This document shows, in pieces, positions 3,860-5,663 of a DNA stretch of 5,663 nucleotides. How positions within the stretch are numbered: position 1 is the first letter of the stretch; each line of letters begins with the position of its first letter. Source of the stretch: a virus. Lineage: Duplodnaviria > Heunggongvirae > Uroviricota > Caudoviricetes. Location: the IMG/VR virus record IMGVR_UViG_2703718818_000005, positions 1 to 5,663 of that record; one strand, given 5' to 3'. The notes under the pieces were generated by a model. The model made no database searches and was not told the origin of the DNA. It saw only the letters and a program-made list of their open reading frames with translations. The translations under genes and the position numbers were made by a program.

Positions 3860-5663
3860 TATGATGGCTGCCGTTTCGGTTGCGCTGCAGCCTCTGGTCA
3901 GAGTTGTACCGATGACGGCAGTTGAATGGGCTGATCAAAATTATTATTTGCCTAAAGACTCCTCATACGGTGACGGCGAATGGAAAACGCTGCCATTCCA
4001 GATCGCCATCATGAACAGCATGGGGAATGATCAGATCCGCACTGTTAATCTGATTAAATCTGCCCGTGTTGGCTATACAAAGATGTTGCTGGGGGTGGTC
4101 GGGTATTTTATTGAGCATAAATCCCGAAACAGTCTGCTTTTTCAGCCCACGGATTCTGCCGCTGAAGATTTTATGAAGTCTCACGTGGAGGCGACGATTC
4201 GGGACGTGGCATGCCTGAAAGATCTTTCCCCGTGGCTGGGTCGTAAACATCGTGACAATACTCTCACGCTGAAACGCTTTTCATCGGGGGTGGGCTTCTG
4301 GTGCCTGGGTGGTGCGGCAGCAAAAAACTACCGTGAAAAATCCGTGGACGTGGTCTGCTATGACGAACTTTCCTCGTTCGAGCCGGATGTCGAAAAAGAG
4401 GGCTCGCCAACCCTGCTGGGGGATAAGCGTATTGAGGGGTCGGTGTGGCCAAAATCCATTCGCGGCTCGACGCCTAAAATCAAAGGCTCCTGCCAGATCG
4501 AAAAAGCGGCCAACGAGTCGGCGCATTTCATGCGTTTTTATGTGCCCTGCCCGCACTGTGGGGAGGAGCAGTATCTGAAATTTGGCGATGAATCCACGCC
4601 TTTTGGCCTTAAATGGGAGAAGGACAGCCCCGAAAGCGTTTTCTACCTCTGTGAACATCATGGCTGCGTGATCCATCAGTCTGAGCTTGACCAGAGCAAC
4701 GGGCGGTGGATCTGTGAAAATACGGGGATGTGGACCCGTGACGGTCTGACGTTTTTCAGCGCCGCGGATAATGAAATTCCGCCGCCGCGCTCCATCACGT
4801 TCCACATCTGGACGGCGTACAGTCCGTTCACCACCTGGGTACAGATAGTCTATGACTGGCTGGATGCACTGAAAGATCCCAACGGCGTGAAAACCTTTGT
4901 GAACACCACGCTGGGCGAGACCTGGGAAGAGGCCGTGGGCGAAAAACTCGATCACCAGGTACTGATGGATAAGGTTGTGCGTTACACGGCGGCGGTGCCT
5001 GCCCGGGTGGTTTATCTGACGGCGGGCATTGACTCGCAGCGAAACCGTTTTGAGATGTATGTCTGGGGATGGGCACCGGGAGAGGAAGCCTTTCTGGTGG
5101 ATAAAATCATCATTATGGGGCGTCCCGATGAGGAAGAGACGCTGTTACGTGTGGATGCGGCGATCAACAAAAAATACCGTCATGCAGACGGAACCGAAAT
5201 GACCATTTCCCGTGTCTGCTGGGACACCGGGGGGATCGATGGCGAAATCGTTTATCAGCGGTCAAAAAAACACGGTGTTTTCCGGGTGCTGCCGGTAAAA
5301 GGCGCATCTGTCTATGGCAAGCCGGTGATCACCATGCCAAAAACCCGCAATCAGCGGGGCGTGTATCTGTGTGAAGTGGGGACGGACACCGCAAAAGAAA
5401 TTCTCTATGCCCGTATGAAAGCCGATCCCACGCCTGCGGATGAAGCCACGTCGTATGCCATCCGTTTTCCTGATGATCCGGAGATTTTTTCGCAGACAGA
5501 GGCGCAGCAACTGGTGGCGGAGGAGCTGGTGGAGAAGTGGGAAAAAGGAAAGATGCGTCTGTTGTGGGATAACAAAAAGCGGCGTAACGAAGCGCTGGAC
5601 TGCCTGGTGTATGCCTACGCGGCATTACGTGTGTCTGTGCAACGCTGGCAGCTTGATCTGGCT
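3831..5663 (+). CDS. A: Terminase large subunit, gpA-like; 3' end beyond the window
   Basis: Open frame from ATG 3831 to the window end with no stop (611 codons). It starts MNISEQQ (lambda A starts MNISNSQ) and contains the P-loop-like KSARVGYTK (nt 4056-4082), VDVVCYDEL, the Cys/His cluster CPHCGEEQYLKFGD...FYLCEHHGC, HIWTAYSPFTTWVQIV and KKRRNEALDC, all colinear with lambda gpA as recalled. It overlaps the Nu1 3' end by 29 nt. Confidence 0.93.
   Translation, partial: MNISEQQLNNMMAAVSVALQPLVRVVPMTAVEWADQNYYLPKDSSYGDGEWKTLPFQIAIMNSMGNDQIRTVNLIKSARVGYTKMLLGVVGYFIEHKSRNSLLFQPTDSAAEDFMKSHVEATIRDVACLKDLSPWLGRKHRDNTLTLKRFSSGVGFWCLGGAAAKNYREKSVDVVCYDELSSFEPDVEKEGSPTLLGDKRIEGSVWPKSIRGSTPKIKGSCQIEKAANESAHFMRFYVPCPHCGEEQYLKFGDESTPFGLKWEKDSPESVFYLCEHHGCVIHQSELDQSNGRWICENTGMWTRDGLTFFSAADNEIPPPRSITFHIWTAYSPFTTWVQIVYDWLDALKDPNGVKTFVNTTLGETWEEAVGEKLDHQVLMDKVVRYTAAVPARVVYLTAGIDSQRNRFEMYVWGWAPGEEAFLVDKIIIMGRPDEEETLLRVDAAINKKYRHADGTEMTISRVCWDTGGIDGEIVYQRSKKHGVFRVLPVKGASVYGKPVITMPKTRNQRGVYLCEVGTDTAKEILYARMKADPTPADEATSYAIRFPDDPEIFSQTEAQQLVAEELVEKWEKGKMRLLWDNKKRRNEALDCLVYAYAALRVSVQRWQLDLA

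Noticed and set aside
3963-5625. Minus-strand ORFs (3963-4250, 4264-4452, 4281-4955, 4828-5076, 5262-5510, 5329-5625) and plus-strand out-of-frame ORF 4309-4578
   Set aside because: All lie inside the gpA-like terminase gene, whose frame is colinear with lambda gpA across the whole interval. The translations are Arg/Pro-rich shadow frames.
1-5663. Scan for CRISPR repeats, tRNA/rRNA genes, IS terminal inverted repeats and an integrase/att site
   Set aside because: No regularly spaced direct repeats with spacers, no cloverleaf-like tRNA candidates, no transposase-like ORF or terminal inverted repeats were seen. The only repeats are the cosB 9-mers and the short phased repeats near 252-299.

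Overview
This window reads as the late-operon lysis-to-packaging junction of an enterobacterial lambda-like (cos-packaging) prophage, with every credible gene on the + strand. All homology statements are from reading the sequence and recalling known phage proteins; no database search was run. In order: (1) the last 19 codons of an upstream gene whose tail resembles a phage lysozyme C-terminus (1-60); (2) a ~2.1 kb cargo module: a KilAC-domain antirepressor-like gene (334-1029), two or three tightly coupled micro-ORFs for small hydrophobic peptides (1026-1374) and a Dam-family N6-adenine DNA methyltransferase (1376-2143); (3) the spanin pair Rz (2152-2628) with Rz1 embedded out of frame (2381-2587); (4) an unrecognised 70-aa ORF (2652-2864); (5) a lambda-type cos site, with the 12-nt cohesive end GGGCGGCGACCT at 3124-3135 and a cosB region carrying three copies of GGTTGTTGT, one inverted; (6) a Nu1-like terminase small subunit (3353-3859); (7) the first 611 codons of a gpA-like terminase large subunit (3831 to the window end, 3'-truncated and therefore absent from the ORF track). 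No rRNA, tRNA, CRISPR array or IS element was seen. The best candidate for something undescribed is the cargo module that separates the endolysin-like gene from its spanins, especially the chain of micro-ORFs coupled to the methylase. The most solid sequence-level result is the cos architecture.
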